This document shows positions 1 to 11,560 of a DNA stretch of 64,000 nt, in pieces. The DNA comes from Vitrella brassicaformis CCMP3155 (lineage: Eukaryota; Protista; Chromerida). The stretch spans positions 52,553 through 116,552 of the forward strand of contig CDMY01000332.1 of the NCBI GenBank assembly GCA_001179505.1, written 5' to 3'. Position 1 is the stretch's first letter; each line of letters starts with the position of its first letter. Both the position numbers and the translations under genes were made by a program. The notes beneath the pieces are model-generated. The model was not told the origin of the DNA. It searched no databases and was given only the letters and a program-made list of their open reading frames with translations.

Positions 1-764
1 AAGGGCACCAGCAGGCCCTCCATGGAGCTCCCGTCCGTGGCCTCAGTGGGCACGAACTGCAGACCGAACCAAATGGGCAGCCCGCTTGTGCCGCCCATCA
101 GCGCCAGAGGCGCCAGGGCTGCGCCCGCAGTGAGGGCGGCCGACGGGGGCCACCCGAGGGCGTTCAGCAGCAGAGAGGCGAAGACGCCACCGCTGCCAAG
201 ACTGAGAGGAGGGGAGAGGACAGCCGAACGAACAGGTAGGCAGGTAGCCTGTGCGTGTGTTGTTGTGTGATTGTTTACCCGATGAGTCCCTCCACGATGA
301 AGCTGAGTCCCACGGTGATGGCCATCATCTCTGCCGCGGGGTGGCGCCCACACGCCTCCCGCAACACGCTGCACACACCACCCCTGAACACACACACACA
401 CAGCGCCACAGCAAAGGCGGTCACACACAGGAACGGGAGCGTCACGGGGGGTGTCAACTCCCACTGCCTGCCCCTTGGTCGCTCACATGAGCCTTGACGT
501 GAGCATGACTCTGAAGAAGACGATCCCGGCGAACACGGCTGACAATGGGATGAGGGCGTTGAGCAGCCCCACGACGAGCGCCGCGTTGACCTGGTCGGAC
601 CTGCTGTTGACGAAGAACATCCGGGCGATGTAGAGGAGCAGCGCCGAGAGGAACAGACAGACTGCCGAGCCGAACCGCGCCCTCTTGGGCAGCAGGGAGA
701 TGCCGACCAGGAAGATCAGAGGGATGGACAGCACGCCCGCCTCTGCCTCCTCGCCGATGTCCAT
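1..764 (-). CDS. Multi-pass membrane protein of unknown function, spliced, runs off the window's left edge
   Basis: Exons about 764-487, 368-279 and 247-1, joined at GT/AG junctions. They encode hydrophobic segments: MDIGEEAEAGVLSIPLIFLVGISLL..., MMAITVGLSFIVEGLIG and VFASLLLNALGWPPSAALTAGAALAPLALMGG. The start codon is uncertain. Confidence 0.65.
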
Positions 765-938
765 CGCTGTGCGGACCGCCGGATCTTCCTCTTCTTCCGG
801 GAGGAGTCTGCGAGCTTTTTTGAGAGCCAAGCTCGCGTCTCGACTCTCGCCCACCCCCCTCTCTTCTTCTTTTTTCGAGGACCGAAGGCCAACCGACCTT
901 CACCGAACAGCTCGTTTGTGGGGTGCTCATCCATCACC

Positions 939-1544
939 ATGGCTGACGTGTCCGAGGCGTTTCGCAGCTTTGCTGGCGGGGCGAGCGAACTGGACGGCCG
1001 GCAGTTCGTCAAACTCTGGTTAGCATAGCAGCCTGGGGGTGGGGTGGACGGTGACGGCCCGGGCAGCCCCATGCCCATGTTCTGTGTTTGTGTTGCTGTG
1101 CAGCAAGGTGAGGCCACGTGCTGTGGGGCTCCACCTCGGGCGGTCGATTGCTCGGCGTGCGCACCTTTCTCTCTCTCTCTCGCTCTCTCTCCGTGTGTTC
1201 GATTCTGTCTGTGTGTCTGTCTGTGCGCTTGTGATTGGTCGACCAGGACTGCAGAATCATCGACTCCAAGTGCACTTCCACTGACGTACGTGAGCGACGG
1301 ATGGCAGAATTTGCCGTCGTTTCTTCATCCATTGAATGATAAGAGTGGTATTCGTTGCCTGCCTGCCTGGCTGGCTGGCTGGCTGGCTGGCTGCAGGTGG
1401 ACCTGATCTTCGCCAAAGTCAAGCAGAAGGCCGCAAGGAAGGTCGACAGCAGGGAGGGGAGGGAGGGAGGGAGGGAGGGACAGGACAACCAAGCAGCTGA
1501 CTTATGGGAGACACGACGCCCTTCCCATACACATGGTTCCGGTG

Positions 1545-1579
<35 letters not shown>

Positions 1580-2491
1580 TGTGTTGGATGTTGTCACCAT
1601 GTCAGATCAATTTGTTTGAGTTTGAGCAGGCCCTGGAGCTGCTGGCCGAGAAGAAAAAGATCTCCGTTTCTGACCTCAAGAACAAAATCGGCTCCTCACA
1701 GGGTCCGTCTGTGAACACACACACTCAGACACAGAGACAGAGAGAGATAGAGAGAGAGAAAGGGACACCATCCGTGTGGTGTGAATGATGTGTGTGTATG
1801 TGTGTCGGTGGCTGGACGGGTGCCCTCACTGCACGTGGCACGGTGTCAGGACCCGTTCTCACCGGCACCAAGACCGAGGCTGTCAAGTAGGACACACACC
1901 ACACACGAGACCACGAGACACACACTGATCTTCATATCCTCTGTCTGTATGTCTCTCTCTCTGTACCTGTGTGTGTGTGCAGGTTCTATGACGACAAGTC
2001 GACGGTAAATGACCACAGTGGGAATGAAGGGGAATGAGGGCGTGTGAGGGTCTGCTGGCATTGTGTGACACCTACCTGTCTCTCACTCACTGCTGACTCT
2101 GACTCTGACTCTCACTCTGCTGCATCGGGTGACTGTGGCCCCGGTGCGGTGCTTGCAGTTCACGGGTGTGCACCAGCACGGCGGTCCCTCGACGGTCGAC
2201 AAGGGGCGAAACAAATTCTCAGACCTCTCTGAATTCTGCGGTACACACACACACAGACAGAGGCACGTGTGTGTGAAGGGCAGAATGTGCGCACACACAC
2301 ACCCCTAAACATAAACATACCTCTGTCTGTATCCCATCGGTGTGTCTTGTGTTGATCGCATTGCCTGCAGACCGCACCCCTGCCGACGTCAGAGGTGCTG
2401 CAATGACTGACTGGCAAAAGAGCTGGCTGATTTGTGGGGCCGTGAATGTGTGTGTGCCGGTGTGAGTGCAGGCATCAAGTCGCTCAAGTAA
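939..2491 (+). CDS. TPPP: Short-type TPPP/p25alpha tubulin polymerization-promoting protein (flagellar FAP265-like), multi-exon
   Basis: The spliced product reads MADVSEAFRSFAGGASELDGRQFVKLCKDCRIIDSKCTSTDVDLIFAKVKQKAARKINLFEFEQALELLAEKK...GTKTEAVKFYDDKSTFTGVHQHGGPSTVDKG...SDLSEFCDRTPADVRGIKSLK*. These are the canonical p25alpha motifs. It includes a 4-nt exon at 1104-1107. Confidence 0.93.
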
Positions 2492-2931
2492 CCGACTAAC
2501 TAACGGGCTTCATACTTGCACCCACACATCGGCACCGAAATGGACGAGGGAGTAAATGTTGTATGGTGTCTGCTGCCTGATGAACGGGGGTTGGGTGGGA
2601 GGGAGGGAGACCCTGAAGTGCGCTGTGTGTGGGGTATGGGCGTGTGTGCACCTAGAGAGGGCTTCATTTCGTTTGCTCCCTGTCTGTCTGTCTGTCTGAG
2701 TGAATGAAGTATGTGTGTGGATGGATGGATGGATTGCCTCATACTGACCGACGAACGATATACAGAGGTTCACGCACCAATGTAGACATCTGAGCCAGCG
2801 CATTGGATGACTCAATCACTGACTGCATTTAAGTGCTCAGCGGTCCGGGTCGACCCAGGCATGTATCCACACAAACACTCGACTCACACAGACCCTGCCT
2901 GCCTGCCTGCCTGCCAACGTCCCTGTCTGTC

Positions 2932-3777
2932 TTATCTGTCACCAGATCGTCTTGCCGTCCTATCGCCTCCCATGAGCCTCTCTGCCTGTTCCCCCATCCC
3001 CATCTCCTCACTAACATCCGCGTCCTCTCTCTCGACCCCGCCGCCCAACTTGCTCAGCTGCACCATCAGCAGGTGCAGCAAATAGCCAGGGGGGCCCGCC
3101 GCAAACGTGACAGCCAGGGCAAACGAAGTGTTGATGCCCCTCCGGAGGCCATCGAGATAGATGAGCTGACCAGCCAGGAGGTCCCAGGTAAGTGCATGTG
3201 CCCACTCCTCGGCAACGAAGATGGGAGATTCGCGCATCTGTACCATTGCTGAGAGCCGGATGACCGCCTCGCTGACGAAGAATGTCCCCAGTTCTTGCGC
3301 GTCAGGCTGCCCGAGACCGTAGACGAACATAGAGAGCTGACAGAGGGCCGTGAGGGCCACGGGGATGGGTGTCTTCATGACGCTTTGCGTCAGGGACCAG
3401 TTCGGCAGGAAGACCATGAGCAGCCAGAAAGGTGTGACCCCGCAATTGGCCAGTGTGAATGCAATCGCCTCGGGTGTGTCCAGCTCGGGCGTGGGCAGGG
3501 AGAGGGCAAGCGACGTACCACTGTGCCGGTGTTGGCGTCGACTCATCGGCCGCCAATCGGTCCCCCGTTTTTGCGGTGACAGAGAGAGCAGCGGTCTGCG
3601 GAGTGGCTGCGTTGTGAGTTCCGCTGTGGCCGGGACGGGGGAGACGAATGCCGAAGGACCGGCTGCGGCCGCTGCATTGCAGAGGGCTGACAGCTTTGTC
3701 AAGATCAGCAGGGGCAGTAGCCGCAGAAATCGCTGCTCGGCTGTGAGTGACAATGTCCTCAACATCACCCTCAACAT
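2932..3777 (-). CDS. ABA4: ABA4-like (DUF4281) membrane protein, intronless, with a probable bipartite plastid leader
   Basis: Motifs PFWLLMVFLPNWSLT, WAHALTWDLLAGQLIYLDG and GPPGYLLH match the ABA4 family. The N-terminus has a hydrophobic stretch, then SAFV, then an S/T/R-rich transit-like region. Confidence 0.85.
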   Translation of the reverse strand: MLRVMLRTLSLTAEQRFLRLLPLLILTKLSALCNAAAAAGPSAFVSPVPATAELTTQPLRRPLLSLSPQKRGTDWRPMSRRQHRHSGTSLALSLPTPELDTPEAIAFTLANCGVTPFWLLMVFLPNWSLTQSVMKTPIPVALTALCQLSMFVYGLGQPDAQELGTFFVSEAVIRLSAMVQMRESPIFVAEEWAHALTWDLLAGQLIYLDGLRRGINTSFALAVTFAAGPPGYLLHLLMVQLSKLGGGVEREDADVSEEMGMGEQAERLMGGDRTARRSGDR

Positions 3778-4104
3778 GAATGCTAGTTGGCTCCGCAGGC
3801 AGCTCGCAAACGCGTAAGGACACTCCGTTAAACCTTGCATGCAAATTCTGATGGTAGCTGTTGTGTGTTTGGCTTTCACATGCTGTCAGTGACACGCACT
3901 GACTGTCATGACAGGGTACTTCCCAACTTTCGGCATGACGGTGGATGATTCAAAAATCATCACGAGATGCAGGCAAGTGATACCCACCCAGTCACATGGC
4001 ACAGACACATTGCCATATGACTCACTTGTTACCCTCAAAGTCGTACAGCAGAACATGTTCGCGCCGCCCGCCAGGCGTCCACCAAATATGGTCACCTTTT
4101 GCTT

Positions 4105-6767
4105 TCATCTATTTTCCTGCCATGTCTCAATGACAAACGAAAAGCCTGGACAGAGCTCGGCCTACTAGAAAGAGCAGCATTTGGTAAGGGCCCCAACATA
4201 CCTTCATTCTTACCGGCCCAGCATCGCCCCACTTCTCCTCACCCATGGCACGCATAGTGTAGATCGCAAACAGCATGTACCAAGTCGATATACTACACAA
4301 GAAGCCAACATACAGGACAAAGAAAAGTGACGGTGCAATTGATGAGTCTCACCAGCAAAGGCCAGTCCAGAGACACATAAGGCATCTGCACCATACTACA
4401 CTGCTCTCATATTCCGCTCGCACCATTGGCAGGTTGTTCCACCGAATTAACACAACAAACAGCACGTGGAGAGACGAACAACAAATGGGCCGCAATGTGA
4501 GGTATACGCTTTCGGGTCCCTGTGTTCCTTACCGCTTCGAAGGCACACTCGATGATGACCAGGACAAGTAGACGAGCCATACCTTGTAGAAAGCTGACAT
4601 GCGACGAATCACTGCCCCATATCTGATTGCTTATGAGAACCACCAGATTCGAGAAAAGCAAGACGGTGACCTCCAGAAAGGCCCACACCCTGATTTGCTC
4701 CGATAAAGCTCTCAGGTAGCGAGGGCTCACGTCCAAAGAGGCGAGAGCCGATTGTAGATTGGTCGGGGGGTGAGACACGATCGGCTCTTCCGCAATGTAG
4801 GAAAGGCCCGCTCTCAGTATTCGGCTACTCGTCATGCTGGCATTTTCGTGTCTCGCAGTGTCGTGGTCCTTGCGCGAGGACAATGAGGTGATTTTTCTCA
4901 TTTTCTCTACCGCCGCAATAGTTTTGCTGTCATTAGAGGAAGGCCGCGTTGCCTTTCGCCTCCTGTCTCTCAGAAATCTTCGCGCAGCGATAAAGAGTAG
5001 TATCCAGTATGGTAGGAAGATGTCACTCAGGAGGTCCAATCTGAAAGCAGCAAGCCAGCAGATCGATGCAAATACAAGAAAAGGCAAGTGTCTGCGCCAT
5101 GGCCAGGCCGCTTACAACGAAATCAAGACCGAATAAAAAATCTTTGCGGACAGCCTAACCATTTCCGCCTGCAGCAGGCGAGGGTAGATCACGAGAACCA
5201 TCTTAATCAGAATTGCGAGGTATCCGTTGAGCGTCGGTGGCCCCTCCTGCGTCGACACACATATATATCGACACACATATACATACTTCCTTTTACTTGT
5301 TTTCGAAGCTCACTTTCATCGATCTCGCAAGCTTCGAAATGAGCGAGATAATGGGTAGCATGGCAAGGACGAATATGAGCGCCCTTCGCGTCTTGTCAGC
5401 ATCAGTTGTCGTTGCTTTTACTGTAGAGCGTACGAAGTGTCCCAGCACGCCCAGAGCTACAATGCCCGCCGCGCAGGCAGTGCCTGCTTTGACTGCATAG
5501 CCCCACTTGTTCCTGACGCCCAGCGACTTTGCAGCTGTGTAGAAGTGTGCGTACGGCCATATCAAGGAGCACACCAAGAAAAGCCAAAAGACGCATCGTA
5601 GCGAGCGGCGATCCCAATGAGCGTGATAAGCCACCGAAACCATAATGCTGAGCGTTAAGGGTGTTACGACCAACCACCATGACGTCTTGAGGCGTGATAT
5701 GATCTTGGGCAGGTTGCATCCATCGGTCAGGTGGAGAAGGAAGAGGTAGACCGTCAAGACCATCACAGCCCGGCTAACGATGTCAAAGGTGAGGCCGACT
5801 ACGGTTGAATCACAGGCGAAGCCCATAGCGATCACATAGAGGATGAAAATGCCCGCAAGTGCCATGCCCCTGAGCAGCTTCCTCGTAGTGACTTTGATGA
5901 CTTGACAGACAGTCACACGGAGGGGCCCAGGGTCAAAAGTGGCGCCCACTAGCACCTGCTGCGAGCTGCCGTCGGGTCTTAAGACCGTCTCGTATGTAAG
6001 CCTTGTCTCCTTCTCTTCATAAGCAGCGTCATAGCCTGCCGCCTCGCGAAACCTGCCAATGGGGGATGCAGCGACGAGACATGACACAAAAAAGGGGCCA
6101 CCCTGCACTTTTCGCAGTGGTTCTTCTCTTATTGCTCACTCGTGCACCAATGCATTAAGCGCCTGCTCCTCTCGTGGCAACGCATGACCCTCCTCTGCGT
6201 AATCTTCATTGGCGTCCACGTTGTTCGCGTCATCGGCCATGCTCGATCGTCTCATTGTTGCGGCTGTAGTGACTGACGCGAAGGTCGCTCGTCTCTCTTG
6301 CTTCTCGTCGCCGAGCTCAGCTGCCGTGATAGCAACGGGCTCTCCACTCTTAGTAGCCACCGCGCCGTCAGTGTCATGCTTGTGTTCTTCGCCTGTCAGG
6401 TGGCCGGCTGTAAGGGTACTTTGCGGCGAGAACCTGAGCGTCACCTCGGACACAGTGGCGCATGGCTCGTCACCGTAGGCTTGGGAAGGCCTTGCGGTCT
6501 CCCAAATGGGATGATCATCCGACACGGACGAAGCCCCCCCGCTGATCTCTGTCATCAAACAGCGGAAAGAAAGGCCCCATGTGATTGCTCCTTGTGTGTT
6601 CATTCATCAATCATTCATTCGTGGCAGGGGGGTGACTGACCTCTTCGTAGACCGTTATTCATGGACCGAAAGTCGTCTTGACGCCGCCCCTCACCTCCGT
6701 CATTGCTTTGTACACAGCCCGCATCCATTGGGGTCTGCCGATTCAGTGCCGAATCTGCCACACTCAT
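4105..6767 (-). CDS. Multi-exon, multi-pass membrane protein of unknown function (ends approximate)
   Basis: ORFs 6136-6603, 5293-6108 and 4407-5087 join in frame through introns, e.g. 6053-6139 gives ALVHE|FREAAG. There are many transmembrane segments after an acidic N-terminus. The 3' exons are uncertain. Confidence 0.6.
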
Positions 6768-6793
6768 CGGCGGTGACTCGACTGTCTCAGCCT

Positions 6794-6853
6794 CTTTGCC
6801 ATATACATGCTGATCTGAAGCTGTCTGAAGCACTTTGCCGTATACATGCTGAT
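6794..6853. repeat. 21-bp direct repeat with one mismatch, period 39
   Basis: ctttgccatatacatgctgat at 6794-6814 and ctttgccgtatacatgctgat at 6833-6853, between two divergent genes. Confidence 0.85.
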
Positions 6854-7071
6854 ATAGTGCCCACTTATCCAGGCTATCGCGAGCCGGGAAGAGATCCAAG
6901 GCTCGCCAACGCCGCAGCCTTGACGAAGAGTATGGCTATCGCTGCTATATGGAGTCTGATGAAGAACTGATAGATAGCTGTTATTTCTTGTCGTTGTCCG
7001 CTCGCCTCGTCGTCCGCCAGCCGAGGTTGTTCGGTTCGGTTCTGTGAGTGAGGCGTGTCGTCCCTGAGGGA

Positions 7072-10000
7072 ATGGATCCCGCTTCGCCTGATGCTGAGGC
7101 CGCCACGACACAATGCTCAGACTATGAGCACTTCCTCACTCAGTACGTGAGCACACCCGACTGCTGCACACAGAGAATAGCGGGTTAGAAGCCACGGAGA
7201 GCTTTTCTGCCTTGTTCTGTCGCTTCCTTTACTGCAGGAGCCCAAATCAGCCCCTCTGGGAAGGCCCGGTAGGCTCGCTGCAGTGTCTGAGTTGCAAAGG
7301 CACCCTGAGATGTGGCAGGCAGGCCCAAGTCAATGTGTCTGTGTGTCTGTGTGGCTGCAGAAACCGGTCGCATCCTCCCAAGAGAGAGAGCCCATATCGC
7401 TGGTCGTCTACTCACAGCAGACCCACACCGACTCCAGCACAGAGTCGCCCGCCACCAACAGCCAAGGCGACGCCGAGCGGTCCTTCTCCACCCTCCTGCA
7501 CACACAGACGGACGGTGGCGATGTCGATGACCAAGGCGTATCTGCCAGCAGCTGTGGTGGCACTGCGGGGGTCAGGAAGGGCGGGCGTCGGAGGAACAAC
7601 GGCGGTGAGCGGGAGGGGTCCTATGTGGAGGGGTATGGATCGGAGGGCGACGGCAGCGAGTGGCGGGAAAAGGAGGGGGTCGTGGGGGCTGACCACCACC
7701 TGCAGCAGCAGCAGCTCCTGAGGGCGCGTGCTGCAGGTAGGGACGGACGGACGTCGGCATCCATACAATTATGCCTGGGTGTGTGGTGGGTGCATATGGT
7801 ATGGTGGTATCAGGGCGTGGTTTGGGCAGGGGCCTTTCTCGACAGGTACGCCTACAGGCACACGAGAGAACCAGAGGACCACACGCACACATCACACGGA
7901 TGGACGGCCTGCCTGCCTGCCTGCCACTCTGTGTGGGTGGGGGGTTAGGTCGGTCCCCCTCCGTTGTCGCGTCGCCCCTCGTCGACGAACGTGCCCCCCG
8001 CGATGCCTGGCGCCGCTGAGGTGCTCAAGGCTGGCCAGGGGACCAAGATAATAGTAGACGCCCGCAAGCCTGTTTTCTCTCAAGGTGATATGTGGATCGA
8101 CAGACACCAGCACGTCGTGTGCTGTGTCCATGTGTCCATGTGGCTGGTTGTGGCTGTGCAGACCACTTCCCGCCTCTCAACGCAGCGTTGAATCGGTCAC
8201 CGACGAAAAAGTCAGCGACCGACGATGGGTGGGCCTTCGTGCCTTGCGAGAACCCTTCCCTCCCTCCCTCCGTCCTTTGGTCTTGTTGGTGTGCAGCTGT
8301 CCCGCTCGTGTGTCGTCTCCCGTCGGCGACGGCAAGTGCCCCCTGCCGCACGCCGCCCTGCCCCTTAACAAGCGCATGGCGCATCCTCATGGGGACGAGC
8401 AGCCCCCACCTGACTACGATGTGCGTGAACACCCGCGGGACTCGGACAGACAGACAGCCTCACTGACGGTTACGGCGAGTGGTTTTTTTCTGTGTGTGCG
8501 CGCGCATATAGGAGGTGGGCAGTGGGGGCAGCAGCACGCCCCGGCCATCACTGGCCAAGGGCTCTGTGTGGGAACGGAGGAAGCACCACCACCAGAACCA
8601 ATACCAACACCAGCATAACCAGCGGCGACAGGAGCAGCAGGCGCCACAGGGCGTGCAGGCGTTTCCCCGTCGGAGTGCGTTGGATCCCGTCTCGCCCACG
8701 CACAAGAGCGACCAAGGCGCCACAGACACGGCAGACGCATCAGCTCACGAGTAACCCCGCACTCACACGCACACACACAGAGGGGGAGAGGCTTTGGTGG
8801 GTGGTGGTCTTGTTGTCTTCCGTCCACCTGTCGATCTGTCTGTCTGTCTGTCTGAGTGTGTGCAGGAGGCCCCCTCCATCCGGCGGCGAGCCACAGGCTG
8901 CCCCCGACCTGGAGAGGCTGCTCATCAACTTGGCCCACCCCTCCCGCCCCACCAGCGCCGCCCAATCCGAGATGACCACCTGCAGCCACTCCTCTCACGC
9001 CACCCGACACACCCCCGCCAGCACCACCACCAGCAGCGACAAACACAACAACAGGCGCCATCCCGGTGACTCTGCCGACCCCTACGCATCGCAGTCGTCC
9101 ACACCCATGTCTCGCTCGTCGGGGCGGGACGGCTCGCCAGCCGCTGGTGGCACTGGGACGTTCCGGCACCCCCGTGCAAACGGCAATGGCATTGTCGTCA
9201 ATGGCTGGCCCCCTGGCAGTGTGAGCAGCAGCGACTGGACGGCTGGTGCGAGAGGCAGCCTGAGGAGGGGGCCATCACCAGCACCATCAGCATCAGCAGC
9301 AGTCAACGGTCATGGTGCCGATGGAAGTGGGTTAGAGTGGCGGACGCGGCAGCCCGACGAGGGCCCCACGGCCAGATGGGACATTCCTCCCCCCCGGGGC
9401 CGAGGAGGGCGCCGGCCGCCCTCCATGCACAGAGGAGGGAGTGGGGGTGCTTATGCTCCCTACCGGTACCCACGCCCCCGCCCGCCGCCTTATCAGTCGC
9501 TCGCGCACACGCACATCCCGGATCAGCCGCTGCGGCAGGAGTGGCGCCCCACTTCAAGCAAGGCGGCACAGCAAGAGGAGAATGGTGGTGGTCCTGACGG
9601 TGTGGGTGGTGGGGATGGTGAGAGCGTGAGTGCTCCGTGCACGCCGCGGGCTGGCCCACGGGGCGCTGGGCGGGATGGCCACCACGGGGGTGGGCGAGGC
9701 CACGGGTGTGCGCCGCCTGAGCCGAAGCCGATATCGTATTGGTATAGGGAGCAGCCCGTGGGGTCGCTGGCGCATTGTGGGGTGTTCCAGCACCTGAGTG
9801 CCGAGGTAGACCAGTTCGTCGCGTCGGTCGACCACCATATCAAAACAAAGGTAGACGGGGGGAGGTGCGCTGGACAAACACTCACACACACATGGATGGA
9901 TGGATGTGTGTTGTGTGTGTCCGGTGTGGTGATATTTACTGTAGGAGGGGGCGCGGCGGGAGCAGATGCTTTGTGTGCTGAGGGCACTCATATTGGCCTT

Positions 10001-11560
10001 CTTCGAAGAGAACCGCAAAAAGTGAGAAGCTCACCGCAGGCACAGAACCAAGCGAGCCACCGTGTGGCCCCCGTGTGTGTGTCCTCCATCCCTCCATTCT
10101 CTCTCCCAACGACCACCAGATATCGCAGGGCACAGGCGGACCAGCCGATAGGTGTGGAGGTGTTCGGGTCGTACAGCACCAACCTGTTCCTGCCCACCTC
10201 CGACATCGACCTGGCCATCGTCAACGTGGAGCTGCCGGCCGCCGACCCCCACCCTCTGGCATATGACTTCACACAGGAGCTCCTCCTCAGCATCGCAGAG
10301 TGGATCGACGTACGACACACACACACACACACACATGGATGGATGGATGTGTGTGTGTGTGTGGTGTGTGTGTTCAGCCGCGCTCGGCTCACAACGAGCG
10401 GGACCATCCCGAGCTGCATGAGTGGATCAGTGGGGTGCAGTTCATCCCAGCCAAGACCCCACTGCTGACGGTGAGGACCACCACGAGCGTCGAGGGCCAC
10501 ACTACGCAGATCGACATATCGGTGGTGACGGGAAAGCACCACGGCATACAGACGGCCAAACTCGTCCAGGTCAGCTGACTTGAGCTGAGGAATCACGCAA
10601 TTCATCTCTCTCTCTCTGTGTGTCTGTCTGTCTGTCTGTGTCTGTCAGCGATATTGCGAGGGGCTGCCGACTCTGCGGCCGCTGGTGTTGGTGCTGAAGC
10701 ACCTGCTGAGCCAACGGGGGATGAACAAGCCGTTCGAGGGCGGCCTGTCGTCATACGCCCTCACTCTCATGGCAATCGCATTCCTGCAGACACCCCAGCT
10801 CTACAACAACGCCCACACAGACGTCGGTAAGTCAGTAACTCACTAAGGGCCACCTGACTGCTGACTGCTGCACTGCACTTGAACCAGCCATACCAACCAT
10901 TTGCACACCAGACCACACCTTTGCTATGTGTGTGCTGTGCAGGCCAGCAGCTGTGCAGTCTGTGTGCCTTCTACGGCGGTGTGGCGGTGCCGTCCGGTGC
11001 GCATCTGCTGGTGCCCAAGCATATCAACGGCCTCGGCCAAATCGTTCCGGTCACTTTCTTCGACTACAAGTACAGAAGACCCTCCATCCATCCATCCATG
11101 CATCCATCCATCCATGTGTATCTGCATGCATGTGTGTGTGTGTGTCCCTCCCGTCAGTTTGCTGGGCATCAGTGTGCGGCCGCCCCACGAGCAGCAGCAG
11201 CAGCAGCAGGGCCAGCACCACGAGCGGCCGCCCGCCTTGTTCTCCCTGGTGCCGTTCAATGGGCCCCTGGACGGCTCGCGGCTGTGCGTCGAGGACCCCA
11301 TGGACCGCACAAACAACGTCGGCAGAACCGCATTCAACATTTCTGAGATACAGGTCAGTGAGTGAGTGCGGTGTGAGCGGATGGACGCAGGCCTGACGCC
11401 TGTGAGTGACCATGGCGTCGTCTGTGTGTGTGTGTGTGTGTGTGTGCAGCGTACGTTTCGGCTGGCGTACGGTGTGTTTTCCACCCCGTGTGTGTGCTGC
11501 GTCGGGGCATCGCCGCCGCGGCAGTGCTCCAACCTGCTCAGAAGACTGTTCCTCTATTGA
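7072..11560 (+). CDS. Non-canonical poly(A) polymerase / terminal nucleotidyltransferase (Trf4/TENT4 family) with a long low-complexity N-terminus
   Basis: Motifs VEVFGSYSTNLFLPTSDIDL (GS..DxD), QIDISV, LRPLVLVLKHLLSQRGMNKPFEGGLSSYALTLM and the PAP-associated LCVEDPMDRTNNVGRTAFNI. The first exon MDPASPDAE is inferred. Confidence 0.9.

Noticed and set aside
8492-10468. The 658-aa ORF as a stand-alone gene
   Set aside because: It is a read-through of several exons and stop-free introns of the Trf4-like gene.
7072-11560. Nucleotidyltransferase as the chromerid plastid poly(U) polymerase
   Set aside because: There is no bipartite leader, and the motifs are of the nuclear Trf4/TENT4 type.
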